Shown: one piece after another, positions 8,152 to 18,616 of the stretch
How positions within the stretch are numbered: the first letter of the stretch is position 1
Layout of the letters: each line of letters starts with the position of its first letter
Sequence record: SRR20825006_662
Length of the DNA stretch: 33,010 nt
Direction: 5' to 3' (one strand)
Notes under the pieces: model-generated
Databases searched by the model: none
What the model saw: the letters and a program-made list of their open reading frames with translations, nothing else
Told to the model about the DNA's origin: nothing
Program-made: the position numbers and the translations under genes

Positions 8152-9780
8152 ATGGGCCTGTTTCGAGTCTTAAAACAGTTCTTTGCCCCTGGACGCAATC
8201 CGCCTCAGGATGCGTCGCGCTCCCAGGCAACCGCTCCATCATCGATCGACTATCGTGACCTGACACCGCCAACGACTCCGGTTGTCACGACCGGCCCCGA
8301 TTATGTTCCATTGAACAACTTGCCTGCCACACCTCCGCGGGAATCGTCTGGTTTTGATGGCCTGGATGCGAGCCAGTTTCAACCGCTGACGCAAGACGAA
8401 GCGATGGAAGCGACCGCCGAACCGGGGTGGCGGACGGCCTATTGGGATCCGCTTGGTGTCATCCCTTCTGCGGATTTACCGCGAATTCGAGTGATCGACC
8501 AAACAATGGTTGGAATGGGGCTGATCGACGCCGATGAACTGGCGCAGATCCACAGCCTCGGCGAGGAGATGTCGAGGTTTCGAACCGACTACTACGCGGT
8601 CCAAGACGCGGGTAATCAGGCGGTCCAGCAAACCAGAGACGCTCGAACGGCCAGAAAAGCCGAAATGAAGCAGCGTGCTGCTGAACGGAAGAAGCAACAC
8701 GATGCCGATGTCGCTCATCGCAAAGCCACTGACATCGTGTTTCTGGGGCGAGGTGTGTCACGCGGACTTGCCGACCGTCGATCTAACATCGAGCGGTTGA
8801 AATCCAGCGAACTACCAGTGCTCTCATCGCCTGCCGATGTCGCAAGTGCATTGGAAATCTCAGTGGGAACCCTTCGTTGGTTGGCCTTCCACCATCCGGC
8901 CAGCAAGACGACTCACTACCACACATGGACGATTGCCAAACGCTCCGGCGGAGACCGAACGATCAGTCGTCCGCAAAAGAAACTCGCCGCAGCCCAGCAA
9001 TGGATTCTTGATTCGCTACTCAGCCAAATCCCAGTTCATGATGCTGCACATGGATTCGTTCCTGGCCGCAGCACTTTGACGGGAGCCCAGCCACATGTCA
9101 GATCTCAGGTCGTGGTCAACATGGACCTTCAAGACTTCTTTCCTACGATTGATTTCGCCCGTGTAGCCGGCTTGTTTCGCGGCATGGGATATTCCCCGGC
9201 TGTGGCCACGATCTTCGCATTACTCTGTACGGAGTCTCCTCGACGTGTGATTCGCAGTGGTGGCGAAACACTGTACGCCGCCGTCGGAAATCGTTCTCTT
9301 CCGCAAGGCGCGTGCACCAGCCCGGCACTATCCAACTTGATCACCAAGCGACTGGACAAGCGACTTGCCGGAACAGCAAAATCCATTGGTTGGCAGTACA
9401 CGCGTTACGCTGATGACCTAACGCTTTCGACCAAAGTGAACTCGAATAAAGTTGGCTACGTCCTTGCCCGAGTTCGCCATATAGCGAAGGAAGAGGGCTT
9501 TGTCGTCAAAGAATCTAAAACGAGAGTCCTCCGGCAATGCACTCAGCAATCTGTGACGGGCATCGTCGTCAACGATCGTCCGTCAATTGACCGCAAGACC
9601 ATTCGAGAAATACGGGCGATTTTGCATCGAGCGAAATTTGAAGGTTTGGAAAAACAAAACCGGATTGATCACCCGAATTTCTCTGGCTGGGTCAGCGGCA
9701 TGATCGCCTACATCAACATGGTCAACCCGCAACAAGGCGGCAATCTTCGTCGCCAATTCGAAGAACTGAGCATGGGGTAA
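8152..9780 (+). CDS. Retron-type reverse transcriptase with long N-terminal extension
   Basis: IAKRSGGDRTI, AAHGF, GAQPH (variant of the region-X NAxxH), DLQDFFPTI, LPQGACTSPALSN, YTRYADDL and VTGIVVN (region-Y VTG); no intron maturase or endonuclease domain is evident. Confidence 0.95.
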   Translation: MGLFRVLKQFFAPGRNPPQDASRSQATAPSSIDYRDLTPPTTPVVTTGPDYVPLNNLPATPPRESSGFDGLDASQFQPLTQDEAMEATAEPGWRTAYWDPLGVIPSADLPRIRVIDQTMVGMGLIDADELAQIHSLGEEMSRFRTDYYAVQDAGNQAVQQTRDARTARKAEMKQRAAERKKQHDADVAHRKATDIVFLGRGVSRGLADRRSNIERLKSSELPVLSSPADVASALEISVGTLRWLAFHHPASKTTHYHTWTIAKRSGGDRTISRPQKKLAAAQQWILDSLLSQIPVHDAAHGFVPGRSTLTGAQPHVRSQVVVNMDLQDFFPTIDFARVAGLFRGMGYSPAVATIFALLCTESPRRVIRSGGETLYAAVGNRSLPQGACTSPALSNLITKRLDKRLAGTAKSIGWQYTRYADDLTLSTKVNSNKVGYVLARVRHIAKEEGFVVKESKTRVLRQCTQQSVTGIVVNDRPSIDRKTIREIRAILHRAKFEGLEKQNRIDHPNFSGWVSGMIAYINMVNPQQGGNLRRQFEELSMG

Positions 9781-9901
9781 GGCACGTCATTTCATTAAAC
9801 GAAGCCCGCAGACCTTCGATCCGGAATTGCACTGAGAGTTGCAATTTTACTTCCGCGGGGAGAAACCAAAGATCGCTATGCAACCGAAACCGCCTGAATT
9901 A

Positions 9902-9935
9902 CCGAGCAAAGTCGAGACTTTTGCTCGGGATTTTG
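9902..9935 (+). terminator. Hairpin downstream of the RT (possible terminator)
   Basis: CCGAGCAAAGTC-GA-GACTTTTGCTCGG followed by GATTTTG; lies between convergent genes. Confidence 0.35.
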
Positions 9936-10186
9936 CCGCGATGTTGACCGATGATTGTGTAGCCTGTCAGGCGAAGCGATAAGGGCATCTCGCCATCGTC
10001 TGGATCACAGGGACGTTGGTTACCCGCAATATTTCATTGAGCCTGGAATGATGGATTGCCCATCTGGCAGCCGGTCATATCGGTCGGCCAGTCACCGGTC
10101 TGCCACCTCCGTGGCACACTGAAACCATCTTCGGAAGTGCAGCGGAAGTAGGCAATCAACGTTTCATGACCGTCTGGGACGATGCT

Positions 10187-10591
10187 TCAGTCAGCCATCA
10201 GTTCTGGGTCATCGAGATCCGTTTGTATCCAGCTTTCTGAGACGTGGATGTCAGTCGTCTCCAGTGAACCGGGACCGACGTTGTGGTATTTGTGCGGGAC
10301 GTTCGCTGGACCGAGCAAAATGTCGCCCGCTGTTGCTTCGATCTTTTTGTCACCAATGGTGAACAACGCGTTCCCGTTGCGGACGATGAAAATTTCGTCG
10401 TATGGATGAACGTGCCAGAGAGGCCCGGCTCCAATTTCATCCGTGCAATAGAACAAGACGGTCACTTCCGTCCCGATGTCCTTTCCCTGAACGTCTCCCT
10501 TCCAGAGTTGATCGTGTGATGCCCAATCAGAACGGTGCAAGATTTTTGGCTCACGACCAATTGCGTTTTTGGTGACGGCGTCGCCTTTCAT
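10187..10591 (-). CDS. Cupin domain protein
   Basis: GPLWHVHPYDEIFIVRNG and GDILLGPANVPHKYHN cupin motifs; start taken at ATG 10591 (the ORF is open to 10609). Confidence 0.85.
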   Translation of the reverse strand: MKGDAVTKNAIGREPKILHRSDWASHDQLWKGDVQGKDIGTEVTVLFYCTDEIGAGPLWHVHPYDEIFIVRNGNALFTIGDKKIEATAGDILLGPANVPHKYHNVGPGSLETTDIHVSESWIQTDLDDPELMAD

Positions 10592-10770
10592 GACAAGCCT
10601 CCAATTCATTGGTGTAGCGGAAAGCGAAACGGCAAATCAATCTTCCAGTAGGTGTAATTGCCGATGACATCGAACAACCGACAATCGCGGGTGCTCGGAA
10701 GTCCCAAAGGAGATGAGCCCAAACGGAGGCAGGGGTCATCGTTGGGCTCGCGGAGGGCGATCACCCAGGT

Positions 10771-10810
10771 TTCGCCTCGGAACTGAATCGGGAACGGTTC
10801 AGGTTGATTC
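10771..10810 (+). repeat. 40-bp direct repeat, copy 2
   Basis: TTCGCCTCGGAACTGAATCGGGAACGGTTCAGGTTGATTC; it overlaps the stop codon of the minus-strand gene ending at 10799. Confidence 0.85.
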
Positions 10811-11296
10811 CGCTGTGGGATGGTAGGGATTGTCAGAAGCAGACAGATCCGTTGCAACTTTGGCTTCGTCTTCCGGAGTGGCTTCGATTGGTGAGTCGAC
10901 CGGTCTCTGGAACATCATGGCACGGATCACAAACAGGGCGATGGCGACAACGCAGAAAAGCAAGAACGCCTGGAAGCCATAGATCAATGGACCAAGAGAT
11001 CGGTTGGCACCATCGACCGTCAAACCCATGTAGCCTTCCTGGGTCATCTCAGCCGGATGTGCGTCCGCCCACTCGCGTCGGATCCGCCACTTCTCTTCGA
11101 TCTCGGATGCAGACCACTGCGTTGCAATGATCGCCAAACCAAAAATCGCAATCACTTTCAGAATGCGACGAAAAGCATCATGCTGGATCACTGACAACAC
11201 AATGAGCACGCCAACTCCTGCATACAGGGTGGCGGTATAGCCCCAAGAAAAAGCGTTCGTCCGAGACGATTCCCAAACCTGTCCAAACGGGTCCAT
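10799..11296 (-). CDS. Hypothetical membrane protein (about 3 TM segments)
   Basis: Hydrophobic segments; AAGGAG RBS (11306-11311, minus strand) before ATG 11296; C-terminal DNPYHP tail. Confidence 0.75.
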   Translation of the reverse strand: MDPFGQVWESSRTNAFSWGYTATLYAGVGVLIVLSVIQHDAFRRILKVIAIFGLAIIATQWSASEIEEKWRIRREWADAHPAEMTQEGYMGLTVDGANRSLGPLIYGFQAFLLFCVVAIALFVIRAMMFQRPVDSPIEATPEDEAKVATDLSASDNPYHPTAEST

Positions 11297-11309
11297 TTGC
11301 GTTGGCTCC

Positions 11310-12125
11310 TTAGCCAGGGATGTCCGAATCAGCCAAACCCTCACTCAACGAGCCGCTGATTTGAATGGAATGACCATAGAAGATATCACCATCGTCGTGC
11401 CAAAATTCAAACTCACCGTCGGGACCAATTGAGATCGATTCCAACACCATACGACCCAAAAATTCCTCCGCGTCCATCTCATTTCCGACCTCCTGCCAAT
11501 CGTTCGCCAACTCTAACTTCTCGGCAACCGCGAACGCATCGATTTTTTTCTGCCATTGCGTCGCATCACGAAAAAGTGTTTCTGCAGTTTCGAGCTGGCT
11601 CGCAATGTCCAAACTCTCATCTGATTCGATCGAGAGTTCGACTTCGATTCCGTTCCAATCCGCGAGACCTTCGAACCAGCCAATGCTGCGGTTCAACGTG
11701 AGGTCGCCGAACCGTTCTGTTTTAACGACGACCGGTTGTTCGAGCTCTTTCGCAACAGTTGCGAGCTCGCGGTTTACGATGTCTCTCTTCGTCAGCTTGG
11801 ATACAACCGCACGAGTCTGATCGACCGACAACAAGACTTCGAACCGGTGCAGCGTCCCCGCCGCGAATTCACCGAAATAGTCAGCCTCTACCGGAACGGG
11901 CCGAAGCAACAACAGCGTATTGCGACGTAACGGTTCTCCCACAACCAGCCAAGCCGCAAGCGAAAACAGATGAACAGAGTAGCCTTCCGATCCGGGCCAG
12001 CCACTCTGACTCGACTGGGAAACGACCCCTTCGACTTCCACCAACTTGGACGAATACTCACAACCTGCAGGGTCCACCGCCGAGAGGTTGTCGAGGTCTG
12101 GGAATTCAAAACGCTCGCTCATCAT
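11310..12125 (-). CDS. DUF2262 domain-containing protein
   Basis: Acidic protein with FGDLTLNRSIGWFEG...W and C-terminal FEFWHDDGDIFYGHSI...G, matching my recollection of DUF2262. Confidence 0.75.
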   Translation of the reverse strand: MMSERFEFPDLDNLSAVDPAGCEYSSKLVEVEGVVSQSSQSGWPGSEGYSVHLFSLAAWLVVGEPLRRNTLLLLRPVPVEADYFGEFAAGTLHRFEVLLSVDQTRAVVSKLTKRDIVNRELATVAKELEQPVVVKTERFGDLTLNRSIGWFEGLADWNGIEVELSIESDESLDIASQLETAETLFRDATQWQKKIDAFAVAEKLELANDWQEVGNEMDAEEFLGRMVLESISIGPDGEFEFWHDDGDIFYGHSIQISGSLSEGLADSDIPG

Positions 12126-12401
12126 TCAAATCCGTGTTGCTCCATCGACAAAAGCCCAATTGTAAGCGTATCGATGTTTCTGATCACGCTTGAAGTGTTC
12201 ATCTAGTCAACAACTCGACCTCTCGATGTTTCCCAACCGAAGGCGACTTCACCGAGCGGCGTTCGGACCGAATGTCAGTAAAAGCTTTGGCGAACGCCAA
12301 AACGGCGAATGTATGGGCAGAGGGTTCAGGTAATTACGTGAGACAAACCTCACAGTTGCCGTTGCTGGATCAATGGAACGGACAGTGATCCCACTGACGT
12401 G

Positions 12402-12797
12402 TCACCAGTTGTTCCAGGTGATTGAGAACTGCAAGATGCTCGCGATCGTCACCCAAACTAAGTACGGAATCTGTGCGAAAGTGACCCAACAATGGTGTGG
12501 CCAGATGGCTTTCATTGCCCACAGAATCGTGCTCCAAACGATCGCAATATCGAGAGCAGCAAGCGGGAGGTTTCGCAAACCGAACTGAATTGGCGTGAAG
12601 GCAATGTTGGCAAGCAGATTGATCGCGAAAGGAACCGCGACAGACCATGGGATTTGCTTACGGAAAACGCGATAGAAAACGTAGCCGAACGTGACCAAGA
12701 TGATTGGATAGAGGATCTGCCAAATCAGTCCGATCGTCGATGGCTCGGGGGTCCAAGTCGGTTTATCGAGGGCGTCGTACCAGTCTCGCCAGGTCAT
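12402..12797 (-). CDS. tspO: TspO/MBR family tryptophan-rich sensory protein
   Basis: WYDALDKPTWTP, IWQILY, NIAFTPIQFG and PYLVWVTIA motifs; start at ATG 12797. Confidence 0.9.
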   Translation of the reverse strand: MTWRDWYDALDKPTWTPEPSTIGLIWQILYPIILVTFGYVFYRVFRKQIPWSVAVPFAINLLANIAFTPIQFGLRNLPLAALDIAIVWSTILWAMKAIWPHHCWVTFAQIPYLVWVTIASILQFSITWNNW

Positions 12798-13087
12798 GAA
12801 TGGAAGCTTGATAAGGAAATGGAAAACGTGCGAACGCAGACTACATACAAAAGTAATCGAATGACGACACCGAGTGTTCGAAGAGTTTTGCCAGGAGCAA
12901 TGCGTGGCATGAATCACCTTCTTCGATAAAGTACCGTTTGAGGCTGACAAGTCGTGCCTGATCAGCAAACTGCGTTGCCAGACGCAGCAACCCCAATCTT
13001 GAATCGATGCATCAAAGATGCACGCACGTTGCGATATCCGAAGAGTGAATTTGTATCACTTCAAATTCAGATCGACCACAAATCTTT

Positions 13088-13807
13088 TCAAGCAACGCAC
13101 ATCGCGTAGAACGCCAAAGAGCCGACTGCGGACATTTGAATCACCAGCAGTAGGTACGCGATCGTTCGTTTTGGTCCCAACCGGATGATCCAGATGCCGA
13201 TGATGATCTCAAGTGCGTTCAGCAAAACCGCCAGCCACTGCATGTCCAAAACATATTGTTCAAGTGGTATGCTCAACAATGCCGTTGGAAGAAATGCGGG
13301 CATTTCGACCAACATCATCATGAGACCAAAAAGGACATTGCCAATATCCTCATCGCCGACCATCCAGCTATAGGGCAATGCCATGCATGCAACCAAGGTC
13401 ACCTCGGCCATGCGATGTTCAGGATGCCGTGCACCGAACGCAGCGAGATACGCAAACGCCCCGATGCAAACGATCCCGCTCAACACGATTGGAAACTTCG
13501 CAAGCATCGGTATCGCGATTGCGACACCAGCGGTGAGAAGCAACAAGGCACGAACCGAGAACCGCATCGGTGTCCGCTGCGAATCGTCTAGTTTTCCTGG
13601 CGTAATGGGCAGCCACGGTAGAGCCAAGCAGAAAACCAAGGAAGCAATCGCCGACCACATAGGCAAATTCCAAAGCAGTGGCGACGGACGGCTTTGGTCG
13701 GAATCCGTCCATGCGTAAAAGTCGGGCATGAACCATCCAACGAGCAAACTCGCCGCGATGAATAGCGGGTAGATCGGAACTCGTGCTGCCAATTTAGAAA
13801 TCTCCAT
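13088..13807 (-). CDS. Hypothetical multi-pass membrane protein
   Basis: Many hydrophobic segments; contains RFSVRALLLLT, a motif common in planctomycete membrane proteins; GAAGGA RBS-like sequence upstream. Confidence 0.75.
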   Translation of the reverse strand: MEISKLAARVPIYPLFIAASLLVGWFMPDFYAWTDSDQSRPSPLLWNLPMWSAIASLVFCLALPWLPITPGKLDDSQRTPMRFSVRALLLLTAGVAIAIPMLAKFPIVLSGIVCIGAFAYLAAFGARHPEHRMAEVTLVACMALPYSWMVGDEDIGNVLFGLMMMLVEMPAFLPTALLSIPLEQYVLDMQWLAVLLNALEIIIGIWIIRLGPKRTIAYLLLVIQMSAVGSLAFYAMCVA

Positions 13808-14194
13808 CGTCCTTCAAGAGCCCTTGCTGGCTGGTGCACCGCGCCATTCTTACGTGTTCTACCGAACAATATGGTTTAAACCTTGACACGTGCGTTGACG
13901 AGGGAACTTCGCTTTCAATCCTGCCTCCGCAGTCCGACCTGCTCGAGAGGGCTACCGGGCTGTTGATTCAACGCCCCTACCACGTGGAGGTCGTGCAGTT
14001 TGTTGATGCAGGTATCTCTGCTGCTTTCGCGGACCGTACCTCTCCCGCTGCGCGGGCGGGGTTTGCAAGACGTCACGAACACAGCACTCAAGAACCGCAC
14101 GACCTCCGTTAGCGGCGGTTAACTAGACACCATCAGGGCTGACGCCAAACGGCGAATTGTTGTCATTCGGTAGGCGACTAAATCAACAGTCTGC

Positions 14195-15661
14195 CTATGC
14201 CAGAACGTCGCGGATGACTTCCCCATGAACGTCGGTCAGGCGGCGTTGGATTCCGTTGTGGTAGAACGTCAGCCGCTTGTGATCCAATCCCATCAAATGA
14301 AGGATGGTGGCGTGAAAATCGTGCACGGTCATCACGTTTTCTTGAGCTCGAAAACCAAACTCGTCGGTCGCACCATAGCTGAACCCCGGCTTCACCCCCG
14401 CACCCGCCAACCAACACGTGAACCCATTGGGGTTGTGGTCGCGACCGTACGTTCCGGCTTGAAACATTGGCATTCGACCGAACTCCGTGGCGAAGACGAC
14501 CAGCGTCGAATCGAACAGCCCACGCTGCTTCAAATCTTTGAGCAATCCAGCAACCGGCTGATCCAAGATTTCACCGTGGACGTCGTATTGTTCCTTGAGC
14601 TTACTGTGACTATCCCAGTTGATCTTGCCGCCCGATGCGTACGCTCCGTTGAACAGTTGGACGAACCGAACGCCCCGTTCAATCATTCGACGGGCCAGGA
14701 TGCAGTTGTTTGCGAAGTCGGCTTTGGTCTTGTTGGAACTGTCAGCACCGTAGAGTTCTAGAACATGTTTTGGTTCACCTGACAGATCCACCACATCAGG
14801 CACCTGCAATTGCATTCGAGCCGCCAATTCATAGCTGGCCATCCGTGCGGCTAATTGCTGGTCACCGGGAAAACGATTCTGGGATTGTTGCTCTAAAAAC
14901 CGGAGTGCTTCGCGTGACGCAAGCTCCGTGCTTGCCGAGATCGAATCGGGACGATCCAGGTAGCGAATCGGTTTGGTGGTACTGAACGGTGTGCCTTGAA
15001 ACGCTGCTGGCAAAAAGCCGTTGGCCCAGTTATTCGGTCCCGACTGCGGCATCCCACGCGGGTCCTCCATCGCTACGAACGACGGCAAATCACGATTTTC
15101 GCTGCCCAGGGCAAAGTTGACCCACGCTCCCATGCTGGGAAAACCATCGAATGTGAATCCCGTGTTCATCACGTTCTCGGCGGGTCCATGCGTGTTGGAC
15201 TTGTTCGTCAACGAATGAAAGAAGCACAGGTCATCCGCCATCTCGCCGATGTGAGGCACGAGATCAGAAATCATCTTTCCGCTCTCACCTCGAGGTCGAA
15301 ACTTCCATAGCGGCCGGGTCAAATTGCCGTTGGGTCCCTGAAACGAAACCAGGTTTTCGTTGCCAGGCATTGGCTGACCGTGGCGACGCTCGAGTTCCGG
15401 TTTGAAGTCAAACGTGTCGACGTGACTCAACGCTCCCGAGCAGAATACGACGATGACACTTTTGGCTTTCGCCGGAAAGTGCGACGGTCGGGGCTCGTAA
15501 GGATTCGCCGGATCGATCTCGGAAGCGGAATTGCGAGATGAATCAGCGAGCGCCGCTGCCACACCAATCGCCGACAATCCGCCACCAGCATTTGCGAGAA
15601 ATTGGCGACGACTGGAAGTCGCTTGAAACTTCGAACGTGAGTGCATGTTTGAAAGGCTCAT
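14195..15661 (-). CDS. DUF1501 domain protein (sulfatase-like fold, Tat-type signal)
   Basis: [56 protein letters not shown] and RLTDVHG; ATGA overlap with the upstream gene suggests a start at 15661. Confidence 0.9.
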   Translation of the reverse strand: MSLSNMHSRSKFQATSSRRQFLANAGGGLSAIGVAAALADSSRNSASEIDPANPYEPRPSHFPAKAKSVIVVFCSGALSHVDTFDFKPELERRHGQPMPGNENLVSFQGPNGNLTRPLWKFRPRGESGKMISDLVPHIGEMADDLCFFHSLTNKSNTHGPAENVMNTGFTFDGFPSMGAWVNFALGSENRDLPSFVAMEDPRGMPQSGPNNWANGFLPAAFQGTPFSTTKPIRYLDRPDSISASTELASREALRFLEQQSQNRFPGDQQLAARMASYELAARMQLQVPDVVDLSGEPKHVLELYGADSSNKTKADFANNCILARRMIERGVRFVQLFNGAYASGGKINWDSHSKLKEQYDVHGEILDQPVAGLLKDLKQRGLFDSTLVVFATEFGRMPMFQAGTYGRDHNPNGFTCWLAGAGVKPGFSYGATDEFGFRAQENVMTVHDFHATILHLMGLDHKRLTFYHNGIQRRLTDVHGEVIRDVLA

Positions 15662-18447
15662 TGGATATACAAGAACTCGCTCGTGTTCATCAAAATTCGA
15701 CAAAGTTGTGCGAGACCGTGTTCGCTCGCGAAGTCACGCATCTTGCTTCGTTCGATTTCGCTGGGTGCTCGGGACAATGCGATCTGAAAAGCACGATCGA
15801 TTTGGTCCGAAAGACTCTCCCCCGCTTCGGTTTGAACTCGATCGGCAAAATATGCCGCCTGCCGATTCACAAAGGGACTGTTCAGCAAACTGAGGGACTG
15901 AACCGGCGTGATCGATCGCGTTCTTTTAGGAGTCATCTGCCCGGCGTCGGGGCAATCGAACGCCCCAAAGATGTCAACGGCTTGCATGCGAATCTTGTGA
16001 GCGTAGATCATCCGCCGCCAACCTGATTCATCAAACGTTTCCTTCGCGGTGTAGTCTGACAGCCCACCACGCCGGTCAAAGAAATCAAATCCGGGACCGC
16101 CCATTTCCAAATTCAATTTACCGCTGGCGACCAACATTGAATCGCGAATTGCCTCTGCTTCGAGACGCCTAGCTGGGAACCTCCATAACAATCGCGAATC
16201 GGCATCGATGGCGATGCCTTCTGAGTTTGGTTGACTCGATTGCTGAAACGTTTGGGACGTCACAATCAAACGATGCAGTCGCTTGAGAGACCAACCACCG
16301 GCAACAAAATCCGACGCCAACCAATCCAGTAATTCAGGATGCGACGGGGCGGCCCCCATGACTCCAAAATCGGATGGCGTTTCGACCAATCCGGTTCCAA
16401 AGTGTTTCTGCCAGACCCGATTGACGATGACTCGTGCGGTCAACGGGTGATCGGGACGTGTGAGGTGTTTCGCAAGTCCGAGCCGACGATCCGGTTCGTG
16501 CTGATCGACCGTCATCCCCAGATCGCCCAGCACAACGGGAATCGCGGGGGCCAGCTTTTTGGTTGGTTGCATGGCATCACCGCGGCGAAGCAACCAAGTG
16601 GGCTGCGGCGAAGGGTTGAAGCTTGCGGCGTAGACTTTGGGACCTCCCGCCAAACGGCTCAACTTCTTTTGCGTTAGACGGATGTCGCTGAGTTTGCCAA
16701 CCAATGCTTGCACCTGATCGGAATTCAAATTCGCGAGTTGAATCTGATCCGTTTTTCGCGAATCATCTTCACGCAGCATGCGATTCTTTGGACTGGCAAC
16801 GATCTGCCAGTCATCGGATCCTGAAAGTTGCATCTCGATGGTGTAGTCCACCGGCACGCTGCTGCCACGATCCCAGACCACTCGATCGATCATCACTGGC
16901 TCTTTGAAGTCAACCTGCAGCCAAGCTGGACCACCTTTGTCCGCAACCCACGGAAAGGCCTGACGTCGATCCGACTGGCCATCCACCAGATTGTCAAAGT
17001 GCCGAGTTTGATTGGCTAGCGCGAAACCGGATGCGGATGGCCTCGCACCGTTCGATGCCAAAGCTGCGTTACGGGCGGGCTGCTTCTCGGTGGCGACCGT
17101 CCAGGCCTCGAACTCGTACAAAGAAGCAGGCGAGCCATTCGCGGTCGCTTGAATGTTCATCCGAACGGAGGATGCGAGTACCGGAGAAAACGTCTCCGTT
17201 TGCCGGTCGACCAAAGCTGGCTGCAAATCATGGTTTTGTCGCAAGGTTTCCAGTTCGGCGCGCAAGGCTTTCAATTGATCTCGAACCGCGGGAACTTGCG
17301 CGGCCATCGCATCGTTTTGCTCTCCGCGTAGACGTCGTTCGCCATAGGTGAGCCCCGCGAACACCGCTTGCATGGAGTAGTAGTCGCGTTGCAGGATCGG
17401 ATCGAACTTGTGGTTGTGACAGCGTGCGCAGCCGATGGTCAATCCAAAGAACCCTTGCGAGACAGTGCGAATCACTTCGTCCAGTTCGTCTTGTCGAGCC
17501 TGACGCATCGCCTCTTCGTCACGCCCAATCTGGCCCGGCAAGTTGGCGGGACCGGCAACCAAGAAACCGAGAGCGGCGTCTTCGCCCACGGTGTCGCCCG
17601 CCAATTGTTCGAAGAGGAATCGATCGTAAGGTTTGTCGTCATTGAGCGAGTCGATGACCCAGTCGCGATAGGGCCAAGCATTGGGGCGAGGCGAATTCGT
17701 CTCAAATCCAACCGTCTCCGCCCACCGAATCACATCCAACCAATGCTGGGCCCACCGCTCGCCATAACGAGGTGAATTTAACAAGCGGTCAACAAGTTCC
17801 TCATAGGCGTATTCCAAACCTTCTGGGTGCTCAACAAACGCACGAACCTCCTCAGGGGTCGGAGGAAGTCCAGTCAGGACCAGCGAAACACGTCGGGCCA
17901 ACGTCGCGGCATCGGCTTGCGTCGACAGCTGAAGACCGCGTTGCTTCAACGACTCGACAACGAAAGCATCAATCGGGTGAGACGGCGACGTTTGACTCCG
18001 TGGCGGTTGAATATCAGCGACGGGCTGCAGGGACCAATGATCGCTGTGGACCTCATCGGCATCCGCATCCATTTGTCCCGGCCAATTGGCACCTTCCTGG
18101 ACCCAGCGTTCTAGAAGCGATACCTGTTCCGGTGAGAGTGGCGGTCCCTCCGGGGGCATTTGCATATCGGGCTCATCCCCTCTCACCACACGGAGCAAAA
18201 AACTCGCGTCAGGATCATTGGGAACGATGGTAGCTTCGCCATAGTCGCCTCCGCGAAGCATGTTACCGCGTTGATCGAGTCGCAAGCCGGACTCGTGTGC
18301 GTCTGGACCGTGACATTCCAAACAGTGGACGGCGAAGATGGGCTGAATTTGCTTTTCAAAATCCACCGCTTCGGCGTGGACGCATTCGATGTGGAGAACA
18401 ACGAGTGCCAGCGCGAAAAACGCTTGCGTCATTTGTCGATGATTCAT
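15658..18447 (-). CDS. PSD1 / planctomycete cytochrome c domain protein (DUF1549 + DUF1553) with central discoidin-like insert
   Basis: Signal peptide, [58 protein letters not shown] and [10 protein letters not shown]. Confidence 0.92.
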   Translation of the reverse strand: MNHRQMTQAFFALALVVLHIECVHAEAVDFEKQIQPIFAVHCLECHGPDAHESGLRLDQRGNMLRGGDYGEATIVPNDPDASFLLRVVRGDEPDMQMPPEGPPLSPEQVSLLERWVQEGANWPGQMDADADEVHSDHWSLQPVADIQPPRSQTSPSHPIDAFVVESLKQRGLQLSTQADAATLARRVSLVLTGLPPTPEEVRAFVEHPEGLEYAYEELVDRLLNSPRYGERWAQHWLDVIRWAETVGFETNSPRPNAWPYRDWVIDSLNDDKPYDRFLFEQLAGDTVGEDAALGFLVAGPANLPGQIGRDEEAMRQARQDELDEVIRTVSQGFFGLTIGCARCHNHKFDPILQRDYYSMQAVFAGLTYGERRLRGEQNDAMAAQVPAVRDQLKALRAELETLRQNHDLQPALVDRQTETFSPVLASSVRMNIQATANGSPASLYEFEAWTVATEKQPARNAALASNGARPSASGFALANQTRHFDNLVDGQSDRRQAFPWVADKGGPAWLQVDFKEPVMIDRVVWDRGSSVPVDYTIEMQLSGSDDWQIVASPKNRMLREDDSRKTDQIQLANLNSDQVQALVGKLSDIRLTQKKLSRLAGGPKVYAASFNPSPQPTWLLRRGDAMQPTKKLAPAIPVVLGDLGMTVDQHEPDRRLGLAKHLTRPDHPLTARVIVNRVWQKHFGTGLVETPSDFGVMGAAPSHPELLDWLASDFVAGGWSLKRLHRLIVTSQTFQQSSQPNSEGIAIDADSRLLWRFPARRLEAEAIRDSMLVASGKLNLEMGGPGFDFFDRRGGLSDYTAKETFDESGWRRMIYAHKIRMQAVDIFGAFDCPDAGQMTPKRTRSITPVQSLSLLNSPFVNRQAAYFADRVQTEAGESLSDQIDRAFQIALSRAPSEIERSKMRDFASEHGLAQLCRILMNTSEFLYIQ

Positions 18448-18616
18448 GCCAATCCGCCTGCACCTCGAGTCACTCTTTTAGCTTGCCCTGCCGCCGACGC
18501 AGGTTTTTGAGCAACTGTTCAACCATCTACGTCGAAGGTCGCAAACGCATTGTAGTCGTTCACGAGGACGCTTTGAGACGCGGCCCACTCGCACGTACCA
18601 AAAGACAGCGAACCGC

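Noticed and set aside
7977-8258. 93-aa ORF across the SWIM-RT intergenic region
   Set aside because: It overlaps the structured ncRNA and the RT start out of frame, and its sequence merely reflects the palindrome.
8152-9780. RT as a group II intron, DGR or CRISPR-associated RT
   Set aside because: No maturase/HNH domain, intron domain V, TR/VR pair, cas genes or array is visible; the VTG motif and upstream msr-msd indicate a retron.
9781-10186. Additional small gene or ncRNA downstream of the RT
   Set aside because: No ORF of 60 aa or more and only short hairpins; insufficient support.
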